A stretch of 64,000 nucleotides of DNA from the NCBI GenBank assembly GCA_001780035.1, contig MFEY01000007.1, positions 6,212-70,211 on the forward strand, given 5' to 3'. Below the pieces are notes generated by a model, which was not told the DNA's origin, did not search any database, and worked only from the letters and a program-made list of their open reading frames with translations. The DNA is from Candidatus Doudnabacteria bacterium RIFCSPHIGHO2_12_FULL_48_16 (lineage in GTDB: Bacteria > Patescibacteriota > Doudnabacteria > UBA920 > O2-02-FULL-48-8). Position numbers and translations under genes: made by a program. Below, in pieces: positions 1 to 9,012 of the stretch. Within the stretch, counting starts at the first letter, position 1, and the number at the start of each line of letters is the position of its first letter.

Positions 1-640
1 AACCCTCACCTTCCTTTGGGTTGGCCCGCGGGATAATTGTTTTTTCAAAAATTTCCGAGCCGCGCCGAATCGTATAAACGGCAAGCTGGCCCGCTGCTTG
101 TTTGGTCAGGGCCTGGATTTGTTCCACCGAAGTGATTGCCTGCCCGTTAATCTGGAGAATTGAATCCCCGGCCTTAAGGCCGGCCAGCGCCGCCGGACTG
201 GCGGCTTGAATCTCCAAAATTCCCACTGAAACGTTGCGCAAATGCGCGCCAGCGGGCAAGGGGTCGGTTTCGGACACGATGGTGGGCAAACCGGCGGCCA
301 TGCCGACAGAGAGCAAAACCCAGGCCAGAATCACATTCATGCTCACTCCGGCAATCAAGACCCCAAACCGCTGCCAGAAGCTTTTGTTGTTGAACGATCG
401 GGGGTCGGCAGTTTCTGAGCCGTCTTCGCCTAAAATTTTTACAAATCCCCCCAACGGTATCAGGTTTACTGAATAGGTTGTTTCGCCGCGGGTAAAACCG
501 AAAATCCGCGGCGGGAAGCCAAAGCCGAATTCATCCACCCGCATGCCGGCGCGCTTGGCCATAATAAAATGCCCAAGTTCGTGGACGAACACGAGTAAGC
601 CGAGAATGACTATAAAAACCAATATTGTAAGCAGTATCAT
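1..640 (-). CDS. rseP: RseP-like M50 site-2 metalloprotease with PDZ region (3' part outside window)
   Basis: Manual translation from ATG at 640: MILLTILVFIVILGLLVFVHELGHF..., with HExxH and GFGFPP motifs; TAATG-coupled to frr. Confidence 0.9.
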   Translation of the reverse strand, partial: MILLTILVFIVILGLLVFVHELGHFIMAKRAGMRVDEFGFGFPPRIFGFTRGETTYSVNLIPLGGFVKILGEDGSETADPRSFNNKSFWQRFGVLIAGVSMNVILAWVLLSVGMAAGLPTIVSETDPLPAGAHLRNVSVGILEIQAASPAALAGLKAGDSILQINGQAITSVEQIQALTKQAAGQLAVYTIRRGSEIFEKTIIPRANPKEGEG

Positions 641-1197
641 TATATCGTCAAAACCTCTTTCTCTTTTGCCTCGGCAATTTTTTTGATTTCGTCATTAAAT
701 TTATCCACCATTTTCTGCAAATCTTCCTTGCCGGAAATTTTACCGTCTTCACCTATCTTGCCGTCCTTTTCCATGGTCTGAATTTCTTTCCAAATATCTT
801 CGCGGATGTTGCGCACGCTGATGCGCGCCTTTTCCGCCATTTGAGACACGACCCTCACCAGCTCCTTGCGGCGGTCCTCGGTCATCTGCGGAATCGTTAA
901 GCGAATGTATAATCCGTCGTTAACCGGGTTGATTCCCAAATTTGAAGCTTGGATGGCTTTTTCAATATCCTTCAGCGAATTTTTATCGAACGGCTGAATC
1001 GCAATCATGCGCGGCTCCGGGACGCTGATCTGAGCCATGTGCATGAGCGGCGTTGCGGTCCCATAAAAATCGACAACGATATTTTCAACCAGGCCGGTAG
1101 AAGCTCTTCCTGTGCGCAGGGTTGCCAGCTCGTTTTTTAAATGATCCACGGCCTTTTGGAATTCCGGCTGTTTCTTGCTGATAATTTCAGGTGTCAT
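640..1197 (-). CDS. frr: Ribosome recycling factor
   Basis: LRTGRA, NLGINP, RISVRNIR motifs; 185 aa. Confidence 0.97.
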   Translation of the reverse strand: MTPEIISKKQPEFQKAVDHLKNELATLRTGRASTGLVENIVVDFYGTATPLMHMAQISVPEPRMIAIQPFDKNSLKDIEKAIQASNLGINPVNDGLYIRLTIPQMTEDRRKELVRVVSQMAEKARISVRNIREDIWKEIQTMEKDGKIGEDGKISGKEDLQKMVDKFNDEIKKIAEAKEKEVLTI

Positions 1198-1206
1198 AAA
1201 TTTGAA

Positions 1207-2265
1207 TTATGGATTGCTGAGTCCTAAATATAGCTCATTACTTGTTTGCGGGTCAATGACGATCCGCTTAACTTCGGCTCGGGTCGGCAGGATTTTGGTT
1301 TCCCAGGTCACGCCGCCGTTGGAACTCTGAAAAATGGTGCTACCTACGGCAACAAACAGGTTGTTGGAATTGTTGGGATTGACCGCGGCGCTGCTGACCC
1401 GCAAGGAGGCGTTCTTAAGCGGCAAAGACAGAAACGACCAAGTCTTGGCGTCGTTAACCGAGCGGAATAGCCCTTGATCGGTCGCCAAATACAAAACCTG
1501 CGGCTGCTTGCGATCCAGAGCCAGGTCATCAAACTGGCTGACCGACGCCTGAACGCTGGTGCTGCTGCTTAAACTTTGGGCGGTCAGTGCCGGCGTGGCC
1601 TGAGTCCAGGCAATGCCGCCGTCCGAACTGACAAACAAACCTTTGTGCAAAGTCAGGGCGTAAACCCGGCTCGACGACCCGAATTCAATTTCCAAAATCC
1701 GGTCCGCTAAATCTTTGGTCGCTTGCCAAGTATGCCCGCCGTCGAGCGAGCGGATAATTTCACCGCTTGATAACCCGGCCAGCACCAGCGAGGAATTGCC
1801 TTTGGAAACATCAATGGCCAGAACCGGGTTGCTTTTGGACGGCTCGGTGTAAATATCCACCCAAGAAGTGCCGCCATCCAGGCTTTTAATGATCTTGCCA
1901 TTGGTGCCGGACAACCCGGAGGCATAGACCACTTGCGGTTGGTAAGCATCCACCACAATCCCGGCCGCGGAAATGCCGGACAAGATATACCGCCACTGTT
2001 TGGCGGCATCGGTTGTTTTGTAAATACCATTGCTGGCGGCCAGATAAATCGTGGCTGAAGTGGAGGAATCAAACGCTATTGCGTTGACGTTGACTCCCGT
2101 AATGTCACCCTTAGGAAGGCTGCTGGCGAGGCGATAGCTCTCCCCCGCGTCTTCGGATTTAAACACTCCGCGAGCGCCGCCGCCGGTGCCCAAAAGCAGA
2201 TCCACGGTATCACAGGATGCCGCCATCAAGCTTAAGCCTAAAATTAAAAAAATAATTTTCCGCAT
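1207..2265 (-). CDS. Lipoprotein with BNR/Asp-box repeats (YCF48-like beta-propeller)
   Basis: Lipobox MAASC; repeated SxDGGxxW. Confidence 0.8.
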   Translation of the reverse strand: MRKIIFLILGLSLMAASCDTVDLLLGTGGGARGVFKSEDAGESYRLASSLPKGDITGVNVNAIAFDSSTSATIYLAASNGIYKTTDAAKQWRYILSGISAAGIVVDAYQPQVVYASGLSGTNGKIIKSLDGGTSWVDIYTEPSKSNPVLAIDVSKGNSSLVLAGLSSGEIIRSLDGGHTWQATKDLADRILEIEFGSSSRVYALTLHKGLFVSSDGGIAWTQATPALTAQSLSSSTSVQASVSQFDDLALDRKQPQVLYLATDQGLFRSVNDAKTWSFLSLPLKNASLRVSSAAVNPNNSNNLFVAVGSTIFQSSNGGVTWETKILPTRAEVKRIVIDPQTSNELYLGLSNP

Positions 2266-2266
2266 A

Positions 2267-3043
2267 TTAAATTTTGATCATTAAATTGGCGAGCAATAAT
2301 TTACTGTTGACGTTTTGATTAAGGAGGCGCTGCGCCTCGGCCACGGCAGAGATTTTTTTTGTAAGCGCCAACGAAGGCTCGCGCCTGAGCTCGAGTTGAA
2401 GGTCAGCCAACCAACGCTGCAACAAAACCTGCAGATCCGGACTTTCCCAGTCCGCCAAATCTTGGACCAAAATCAGCTTGTCCGCCAGATCCGCGGCTGT
2501 GACTTTTTTGTAATACTCCGTGGCTTCGGCCAGTTTCGCGCAAGCAGCGGGCTCGAGAGCGGGCAGCTGCCGAATTTCTGATTCGTCCAAAGCTCCAAAG
2601 TTAATCTTTTGAACTCGCGAAATAATGGTCTTCGGCAGGCTACTTGAGTTGCTCGTGATCAAAATGATAACCGTCTGGCTCTTGGGTTCTTCTAAGGATT
2701 TCAAAAGTGCGTTGGCCGCTTCGGAATTCATCTCGTGGGCCGAGTCAATCACCGCCACCTTATAAACGCCCGAGTAAGGTTTAAGGGACAGCTTGTAAAC
2801 CAATTCGCGGATCTGAGCGATTTTGATTTCCCCTTCCTGGGCTATTTCAATGTAGTCGGGATGGAAAAAATCATCTCGATGTTCGAGTCCGGGAAGCAGA
2901 GCCTGGGCTAGCCTGCGGGCCACGGCTTTTTTGCCAATGCCGGCCGGGCCGGCAAACAGGTAAGCGTGGGCCAGCTTCGATAGAGCGATGCTTTGGGCCA
3001 GAAATTCCAGTTGTTTTTTGTGTCCTATAATTTGCCAATCCAT
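2267..3043 (-). CDS. holB: DNA polymerase III delta' subunit
   Basis: AHAYLFAGPAGIGK, AANALLKSLEEP, TIISR. Confidence 0.9.
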   Translation of the reverse strand: MDWQIIGHKKQLEFLAQSIALSKLAHAYLFAGPAGIGKKAVARRLAQALLPGLEHRDDFFHPDYIEIAQEGEIKIAQIRELVYKLSLKPYSGVYKVAVIDSAHEMNSEAANALLKSLEEPKSQTVIILITSNSSSLPKTIISRVQKINFGALDESEIRQLPALEPAACAKLAEATEYYKKVTAADLADKLILVQDLADWESPDLQVLLQRWLADLQLELRREPSLALTKKISAVAEAQRLLNQNVNSKLLLANLMIKI

Positions 3044-3071
3044 AAGCAAATTTTACCACGTTTCCAAAGCA

Positions 3072-3100
3072 TTGACAAAACCACGAAAAAACCGTATAAT
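3072..3100 (+). promoter_or_regulatory. Consensus sigma70 promoter
   Basis: TTGACA-17 bp-TATAAT, followed by GGAGG RBS and ATG at 3131. Confidence 0.85.
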
Positions 3101-3130
3101 AGTATGTTCAACTCAAGCGGAGGAACATAC

Positions 3131-3411
3131 ATGCGAATCGATCACCGCGACAAGGACGGCGACGGGAAATTCCAGTCAGTTCGTCTGATCGGCTCGGCGA
3201 CGACGGCAAGGTCGTCTTCGGCGTCGGAATCGCCCTGCCCGGTGAATATCCTTTCGGGGTCCACAAGAACCCGGAAACGATCCGGGTTCTCACGGGCGTA
3301 ATGGAGATCAACGGCGCTATCTACCGGCCCGGCAGCAAACCGTTCCGGATCGAAGCCGGAGAAAGCGCCACAATCAAGGTCGAGGTTCCCTCGGCCTACC
3401 TGCGGACCTAA
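3131..3411 (+). pseudogene. Frameshifted PpnP/YaiE-like cupin (nucleoside phosphorylase-like)
   Basis: Frame 0 reads MRIDHRDKDGDGKFQSVRL; the -1 frame continues GVGIALPGEYPFGVHKNPETIRVLTGVMEING...KVEVPSAYLRT*, resembling PpnP (GVMVEGEYTF...EEMTVISGAL...PTSYLCRY). Confidence 0.6.
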
Positions 3412-3544
3412 ATCAAAGGAGGTGACGCATGAAGCGCAAATCTGATTGAGGGTGTAGTTTGGCGAACACCTTCAATGAGTTAACCTAGGATGTCATTCCT
3501 TGAAGGTGCCGGTTCTCCCGACATCCTTCAAGCGAGCTGACATC

Positions 3545-3877
3545 ATGTCCAAGAAGACCATCGCCAGGTTCAGCACGGTCAGGTGGGTGCGGATGCAGGA
3601 CGAACTCGTGGACAGCGACGAGCAGGCCTACGAGATCTACCTCGCCGAGGGCCGGCTGCTGGTATCCACACCCGAAGCGGCGGCCCTCCCCCTGCTCACA
3701 TTCCTCGAGCGCGAGCAGGCCGGCCGGCGCATCCGCTACCTCTACCGCCGGCTCGGCCATAAGCGCCTAACAGCGCTTAACGGGGCTATCCTCGACTTCT
3801 ACCCGAAGGGGTCGGAGCGGGACGGGTTGCCGAGCATCGGCATCGAGGGCGGCGAGCTGAACGGACGGCAATTCTAG
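3545..3877 (+). CDS. Hypothetical protein in GC-rich islet
   Basis: ORF with strong GC3 bias, followed by a terminator. Confidence 0.6.
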   Translation: MSKKTIARFSTVRWVRMQDELVDSDEQAYEIYLAEGRLLVSTPEAAALPLLTFLEREQAGRRIRYLYRRLGHKRLTALNGAILDFYPKGSERDGLPSIGIEGGELNGRQF

Positions 3878-3882
3878 GGACA

Positions 3883-3922
3883 ACGGGGATCGTGCCTGCA
3901 AGGCGCGACCCCCGTCTTTTTT
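3883..3922 (+). terminator. Intrinsic terminator
   Basis: ACGGGG...CCCCGT stem followed by T7. Confidence 0.75.
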
Positions 3923-4030
3923 TGGAACAAAAAACAGTAAGTCCTTTTTGACCGCTGCCGACGTATGGGGTGCGACAACAGTTCGGGCTTACTGATTTTT
4001 CTAAACGTTTAGTTAGGCTTAACCTTAATC

Positions 4031-4059
4031 AGTTTACGGAAGTGAAATTTTCCCGTCAA
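4031..4059 (-). promoter_or_regulatory. sigma70-like promoter facing an ORF-less hairpin
   Basis: TTGACG-17 bp-TAAACT on minus strand. Confidence 0.5.
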
Positions 4060-4139
4060 AACAATTTAAAACCTCTAACTACATTGGGGTTTCCGCCGTT
4101 GCTGTGACAAATTTGTGCGAAACTTGTGGGTAAGGTGTA

Positions 4140-4176
4140 AATTAAAAACCCATTCCTTTCGAAATGGGCTTTAATT
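4140..4176. terminator. Hairpin terminator downstream of the membrane protein gene
   Basis: AATTAAAAACCCATT...AATGGGCTTTAATT inverted repeat. Confidence 0.6.
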
Positions 4177-4184
4177 CGATGTCA

Positions 4185-4568
4185 TTAGGACATTGTTGCC
4201 ATTGACCCTTTGTTCATTGAAGCATAGAGTGCCCAAACGCCAACCGCCAAATGCAGGATGGTGTCGGCCGGATTTTCCAGGTTCGCACCCAGGAAACTCT
4301 GATTGAAAATACTGTAAAGACCGACCAAAATGCCGACAACCCCCAAAACCATAACCAGGACTTTTTGGGAAGCCGCCGGGAAGGTGAATGCGGCCAACAG
4401 GCCGACCACGCCAAGAACTAAGTGGGCCCAGTTCTCGCCGTTATCAAACCACCAGTTGGAGCCGAAGATGCTTTTGTCAGCCGTCGGCCCGATTACGCCG
4501 ACAAAGCCCAAAACCCCCAGCAGGACCAAAATAAGGCCGCCAATAACTAAAAATTGCTTTGAATTCAT
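4185..4568 (-). CDS. Four-TM membrane protein (DUF4383-like)
   Basis: Hydrophobic segments with NWAHLVLG and DTILHLAVG. Confidence 0.7.
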   Translation of the reverse strand: MNSKQFLVIGGLILVLLGVLGFVGVIGPTADKSIFGSNWWFDNGENWAHLVLGVVGLLAAFTFPAASQKVLVMVLGVVGILVGLYSIFNQSFLGANLENPADTILHLAVGVWALYASMNKGSMATMS

Positions 4569-4617
4569 AAACTCACCCCCTCTCTAGCCACATTATAATA
4601 TAAACTTAAGCAAACGG

Positions 4618-5082
4618 CTATTTGGAAGACGGTTTTTCGATTATGACCGTGCCGACCATTTCATCCGCCAAATGATCATGAAAATTATATTGCCCAGGCC
4701 GATTAAGGACGAATTCAAAACTTTCGCCCTGGTGGAGTCCCCGTCCCGCGTCGAAGCCCGGATAAGAACTGTGTGTGGGATGCGGCCCGACAGCCGGCCA
4801 GCGCAAAACAGAATCGTCGTTGCGGAAAACCAAATGATCGCAGACTGCCGCGGCCAGCGATGCGGGATCAAATTTGCCATCGTTCATAACTACGGTCAGG
4901 GTTTGAGAATTTACCACTCCCAAACAATCATAGGCTTTTGCCGGCGGCAACTTGATAATTCCGGCATGCACGAGCGGATAACCGCCGACCATCAGAAACA
5001 TAACCAAAAACAAAACTTTTTTCCAGAATGCAAGCTGCCTGAATTCCTCCACAAATTGTTTGAAGATGTTTAGCATAAGCAA
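4618..5082 (-). CDS. Membrane-anchored cupredoxin-like protein
   Basis: HPTHSSYP and YNFHDHL motifs; paralog of 57511-57918. Confidence 0.75.
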   Translation of the reverse strand: MLMLNIFKQFVEEFRQLAFWKKVLFLVMFLMVGGYPLVHAGIIKLPPAKAYDCLGVVNSQTLTVVMNDGKFDPASLAAAVCDHLVFRNDDSVLRWPAVGPHPTHSSYPGFDAGRGLHQGESFEFVLNRPGQYNFHDHLADEMVGTVIIEKPSSK

Positions 5083-5096
5083 ATTATATCATAACT

Positions 5097-5126
5097 ATAA
5101 AAAACCACCTGACGGTGATTTTTTAT
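5097..5126 (-). terminator. Intrinsic terminator closing the ncRNA candidate
   Basis: Minus strand AAAAAATCACC-GTCA-GGTGGTTTTTT. Confidence 0.7.
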
Positions 5127-5127
5127 T

Positions 5128-5333
5128 AGACCGGTGTGCTGTCAACTCCACTAATCTTGCCCTTACGGACTCCACTAGCCTAGGAACTGGTTCAAGAGGT
5201 TGCCCTTACTTGTTCTAAACCCGGGTTGTTTCTTCCCCGAGCGCACCAATTCGGATTCAACAGTGCCTGATCCCCGAACGACCTTTTTAGAGCCGTCCAT
5301 CTGGCAAAAGTTGCCTCTCACCAGAACGATCGT
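5128..5333 (-). ncRNA. Candidate structured ncRNA (~200 nt), family not recognised
   Basis: Lies between a consensus promoter and a terminator; several GNRA-capped hairpins with G-U pairs; no credible ORF. Confidence 0.65.
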
Positions 5334-5339
5334 AGAGAC

Positions 5340-5368
5340 ATTATAGAAATCCCCACTCAGCCGGTCAA
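5340..5368 (-). promoter_or_regulatory. Near-consensus sigma70 promoter
   Basis: TTGACC-17 bp-TATAAT on minus strand. Confidence 0.8.
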
Positions 5369-5369
5369 G

Positions 5370-5406
5370 AAAAATAAAAACCCTGCCAAATGCAGGGATT
5401 TTTATA
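5370..5406 (-). terminator. Terminator of murB-murA-mreB
   Basis: CCCTGC-ATTTG-GCAGGG followed by TTTTTATTTTT. Confidence 0.75.
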
Positions 5407-5491
5407 TGAATGTTTATAACCTGTGAGCAACTTTGGGATAAACTGTGCTCAAATTTTATTTCCAGTAGTTTTACGCGCTCTGCGCCGAGCG

Positions 5492-6499
5492 TCACTTACT
5501 GGCAAGAATGCTTTTTTTGTAACTTTCAAGGTTATCGAGAGCCACGCCGGTGCCTTTCACCACACACAGAATCGCGTCTTCGGCCACATAAGCCGGCACT
5601 CCGGTTGATTGGCCAATCAGCTTGTCCAGGTTCTTAAGTAAGGCGGTGCCGCCGGTCATAACCATACCCTTATCAATAATGTCCGCGGCCAATTCGGGGG
5701 GCGTTTCCTGCAAAACTGATCGGATAGCCTTAATAATCTCCCGCAACTCATCTTGAATCGCCTCCACCACTTCATTGGTTGAAATCTGAATCGTTTTCGG
5801 CAGGCCCTGGACCATATCCCGACCGCGGATTTCAATGGTGGTTTGTTTTTCGACCGGCAAAGCGGAACCAATTTTGATCTTGATTTCCTCCGCGGTCCTA
5901 TCGCCCACCGCCAGGCCGTGGCGCTTCTTGATATAAGCCGCAATGGCCGCGTCCAGTTTATTGCCCGCCACCCGAACCGAAGTTTGGGTTACGATTCCGC
6001 CTAAAGATAAAATTGCCACGTCAGTGGTGCCGCCGCCGATATCGATAATCATGTTGCCGGAGGCAGCAGCGATATCAATCCCCGCTCCGATGGCGGCCGC
6101 CACGGTTTCCTTGATGACATAGGCGGCCTTGGCCCCGGCGGCGGTGGCCGCGTCAATCACAGCGCGGCGTTCGGTCGAGGTAATTCCGCCCGGCACGGAA
6201 ATCATAACTTCCGGCCGAAAAAACCGGATGTTGCCCGCGGCCTTGTTTATAAAATAACGAAGCATTGCTTCGGTTACACGGTAATCGGCAATCACGCCAT
6301 CTTTCATCGGCCGATGCGCGACAATCGTATCCGGCGTGCGGCCCAGCATTTCTTTGGCTTCGCCCCCGACAGCCATAATTTTATTATCCACGGTCGAAAT
6401 GGCCACTACCGTGGGTTCGTTGATTATGATGCCTTTTTTCGGGACAAAAACCAGAGTGTTGGCTGTGCCGAGATCAATGCCTATTTTTTGTAAAAACAT
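5492..6499 (-). CDS. mreB: Rod shape-determining protein MreB
   Basis: GIDLGTANT, DIGGGTT; start placed at MFLQK. Confidence 0.96.
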   Translation of the reverse strand: MFLQKIGIDLGTANTLVFVPKKGIIINEPTVVAISTVDNKIMAVGGEAKEMLGRTPDTIVAHRPMKDGVIADYRVTEAMLRYFINKAAGNIRFFRPEVMISVPGGITSTERRAVIDAATAAGAKAAYVIKETVAAAIGAGIDIAAASGNMIIDIGGGTTDVAILSLGGIVTQTSVRVAGNKLDAAIAAYIKKRHGLAVGDRTAEEIKIKIGSALPVEKQTTIEIRGRDMVQGLPKTIQISTNEVVEAIQDELREIIKAIRSVLQETPPELAADIIDKGMVMTGGTALLKNLDKLIGQSTGVPAYVAEDAILCVVKGTGVALDNLESYKKSILASK

Positions 6500-6500
6500 A

Positions 6501-6577
6501 GGGTTAGTGGGTAGTGCGTAGTGATTAGTTTGTAGAGTAGAGTTATTACCCACTACAAACCACCAACTACTAACCAA
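6501..6577. repeat. Inverted heptamer tandem repeat (TAGT cores then ACTA cores)
   Basis: ttagtgg gtagtgc gtagtga ttagttt ... ccactac aaaccac caactac taaccaa. Confidence 0.7.
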
Positions 6578-7823
6578 TTCTTTTAATATCCGCCCCCAAA
6601 GCTTGTAATCTTTCCTCTAATCTTTCATAACCGCGATCAATATGCTCGACGCCGGCGATTTCCGACTGGCCATCCGCCACCAGGGCCGCGATTACCATGG
6701 TCATCCCCATGCGAATATCCAAGCTTTCTATTTTAGCACCCTTCAGGGCCACCGGGCCAATGATTTTTACGCGATGGGGATCCAAAATGTCCGCTTTGGC
6801 CCCCATTTTCTTGAGTTGATCGACATACCCCAGCCGGTTTTCATACAGCCATTCATAAATTAACGATTCGCCCGCGGCCTGGGTGGCCAGCACGGCCAGG
6901 GTCGGCATATCGTCCGAAGCCAGCTTGGGATAAAGGCCGCATTGAATTTTGGTTGCCTTGTAAGCCTCAGCTGGCGGCAAGACATGGACAAAATCATTGC
7001 CGATTTCAAACTTAACTTTCATTTGGGAAAGCTTCAGTAAAAAATCGTCAAGAAAATCCGGATTGAGGCCGCTAACAGTAATATCACTTTTGGTCGCGCT
7101 AGCCAGCGTGATCAAACTTGCCGCCTCATTCGAATCCGGAATTATCCGAACCTGCGCGCCATGGAGCTTGGCCACCCCCTCGATAATAACCGTCGGCGTG
7201 CCGATGCCGAAAATTTTTGCGCCCATGAGGTTCAAAAACTCACAGAGTTGCTGGACATGCGGCTCCATGGCCGCCAGTTTGATCGTAGTCAGTCCTTCGG
7301 CCCGGCATGCGGCCAAAACGATATTTTCTGTCGCGGTCACAGAGGATTCTTCCAAAACAATTTTGGTGCCAATAAGCGCCGTGGCTTCAATTTTGATGCC
7401 ATCGGCAACCATAACACGGGCGCCAAGCTTTTGAAATGCAGATAAATGCGAATCGATCGGCCGTTTACCGATCAAGTCACCGCCCGGAAAAACCATACTG
7501 GCGGATTTTTCACGGCCCAGAAGCGCGCCAAGGAGGACAATCGAACCGCGAAGCTTGGCTGCCAAAACCGAATCCAGGCCGGTTTTTTTTAAATTTACGG
7601 CTTTGATCCAAACTTCGTCGCCGCTTACCGTTACTTCAGCGCCCAAATCTCGGATCAAATCAACAATTACTTCCCTGTCCTTGATCGCCGGCACGTTGGT
7701 GAACCGGCATTCTTCCTTAGTCAAAAGCGCGGCCGCAAACAGCGGAAACATCGCGTTTTTGGAGCCAGCCACCCGAATTTCCCCGGATAATTTTTTACCG
7801 CCTTGGATAATAAATTTAGACAT
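6570..7823 (-). CDS. murA: UDP-N-acetylglucosamine 1-carboxyvinyltransferase
   Basis: GSKNA, RPIDSH, SVTATEN, DRGYE; Asp in place of the catalytic Cys (PGGDLIG). Confidence 0.95.
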   Translation of the reverse strand: MSKFIIQGGKKLSGEIRVAGSKNAMFPLFAAALLTKEECRFTNVPAIKDREVIVDLIRDLGAEVTVSGDEVWIKAVNLKKTGLDSVLAAKLRGSIVLLGALLGREKSASMVFPGGDLIGKRPIDSHLSAFQKLGARVMVADGIKIEATALIGTKIVLEESSVTATENIVLAACRAEGLTTIKLAAMEPHVQQLCEFLNLMGAKIFGIGTPTVIIEGVAKLHGAQVRIIPDSNEAASLITLASATKSDITVSGLNPDFLDDFLLKLSQMKVKFEIGNDFVHVLPPAEAYKATKIQCGLYPKLASDDMPTLAVLATQAAGESLIYEWLYENRLGYVDQLKKMGAKADILDPHRVKIIGPVALKGAKIESLDIRMGMTMVIAALVADGQSEIAGVEHIDRGYERLEERLQALGADIKRIG

Positions 7824-7834
7824 AAATTTAAAAT

Positions 7835-8944
7835 TTATGATTTATCATTTGGAATTTCAAAATATTTCGCCAGTTCTTGCTCGCTAAACCCGACCCATTC
7901 CGGCTCGGAAACCAATCGCATCCCCGTTTTGGCAAAGACTTCCTGCCTGACGAGCTTAAACAAACCGGCCACGTCCCGGGCTTTGGCGCTCCCCGTGTTT
8001 ACTATAACCAAAGCCTGATTTTTCCACAACCGGGCGGCCCCGATGCTTTGGCCCTTGAGGCCGCAAATATCAACCAAAAAAGCCGCCGGAATTTTGATCC
8101 GTTTTTCTTCGGCAAACCGAAGCTTGAGTTCCTGCAACCTGGATACAATTTCCGGCGAAAAATTCCGGCCCAGCGTCTGTTCCAATCTCAAATAGTTTTG
8201 CGGGGTTAAAATTAAATTCTTAAAACACGATCCGGCGCAGCCGAACTCATTAAGATCCGGAAATTTTTTGCTCCGAATAGCGATCACCGCCTGGCGGATT
8301 TCGGGCAACCCCGGCGATGGATTGTTGGCGCCAGCGAAATAATTACTCAGGTCGATATAGCTTAAATTCGGCTTGGGTTGGCGCGCCAAGGTAAAAGTTA
8401 CGCTGAGAATCGCATATTTATTTTTCCAAATCGTATTAAAATTGCTCTGCCGGTATTCAAATCCACACTGGTCATTGTTGAAAATTTGGATTTCCAACTC
8501 TTCGAGGTCCAAAACCTCAACCGAGCTGACTACCCGCGATGCTTCTTGTCCGTAAGCGCCAACGTTTTGAATCGGGATTGCCCCGCTTCGGCCGGGAATA
8601 CCGGAAAGATTTTCGATGCCCCAAAGTTCCTTGAGTGCGCAAAGGGCGGCAATATCGTCCCAAACTTCCCCGCTACCAACCCGGATCTCCACCCGGTTGT
8701 CGTCGTCATGTAAAATTTCAATGCCTTTGATTGCGATGTTGATGACCATTCCGCGAAAGCCGGCATCGGCGAAGAGCAAATTGCTGCCGCCGGCCAAAAT
8801 AAATACCGCCAAATCTTTGCCGCGGGCAAATTTTAGCGCCTCTTTCAGCTCTTCCAGTGTTTGCACCACGCAATAAAAATCGGCCGGGCCGCCGATACGG
8901 AAGGTGGTTACCTGGTCTAAATTAAACTTTTCTTTGATCTCCAT
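7835..8944 (-). CDS. murB: UDP-N-acetylmuramate dehydrogenase
   Basis: TFRIGGPA, GGSNLL, QNVGAYG, AGSCFKN. Confidence 0.95.
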   Translation of the reverse strand: MEIKEKFNLDQVTTFRIGGPADFYCVVQTLEELKEALKFARGKDLAVFILAGGSNLLFADAGFRGMVINIAIKGIEILHDDDNRVEIRVGSGEVWDDIAALCALKELWGIENLSGIPGRSGAIPIQNVGAYGQEASRVVSSVEVLDLEELEIQIFNNDQCGFEYRQSNFNTIWKNKYAILSVTFTLARQPKPNLSYIDLSNYFAGANNPSPGLPEIRQAVIAIRSKKFPDLNEFGCAGSCFKNLILTPQNYLRLEQTLGRNFSPEIVSRLQELKLRFAEEKRIKIPAAFLVDICGLKGQSIGAARLWKNQALVIVNTGSAKARDVAGLFKLVRQEVFAKTGMRLVSEPEWVGFSEQELAKYFEIPNDKS

Positions 8945-9012
8945 AAGCCTGCTTATTTTAGCAGAAATAAGGGCGCTTGAAAATGCCATAATTAAAAGGT
9001 AAACTATAAATA

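Noticed and set aside
3160-3195. Programmed -1 frameshift in the PpnP-like gene
   Set aside because: GGGAAAT is not in the X XXY YYZ phase of the upstream frame; mutation or sequencing error is simpler
5128-5333. Assignment of the ncRNA to c-di-AMP riboswitch, raiA, 6S or RNase P
   Set aside because: Only short partial resemblances (for example UGAAUCC, GACAGC, CUUGAACC); overall consensus order not matched by eye, so left unassigned pending an Infernal search
5175-5495. 106-aa ORF downstream of mreB
   Set aside because: Crosses a terminator, a consensus promoter and the structured RNA; no recognisable protein features
6500-6577. N-terminal extension of MreB (similarly rpsL 54672-54767, EamA 59234-59416, rpsC 44117-44131)
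   Set aside because: These are translations of repeat DNA; canonical downstream starts exist
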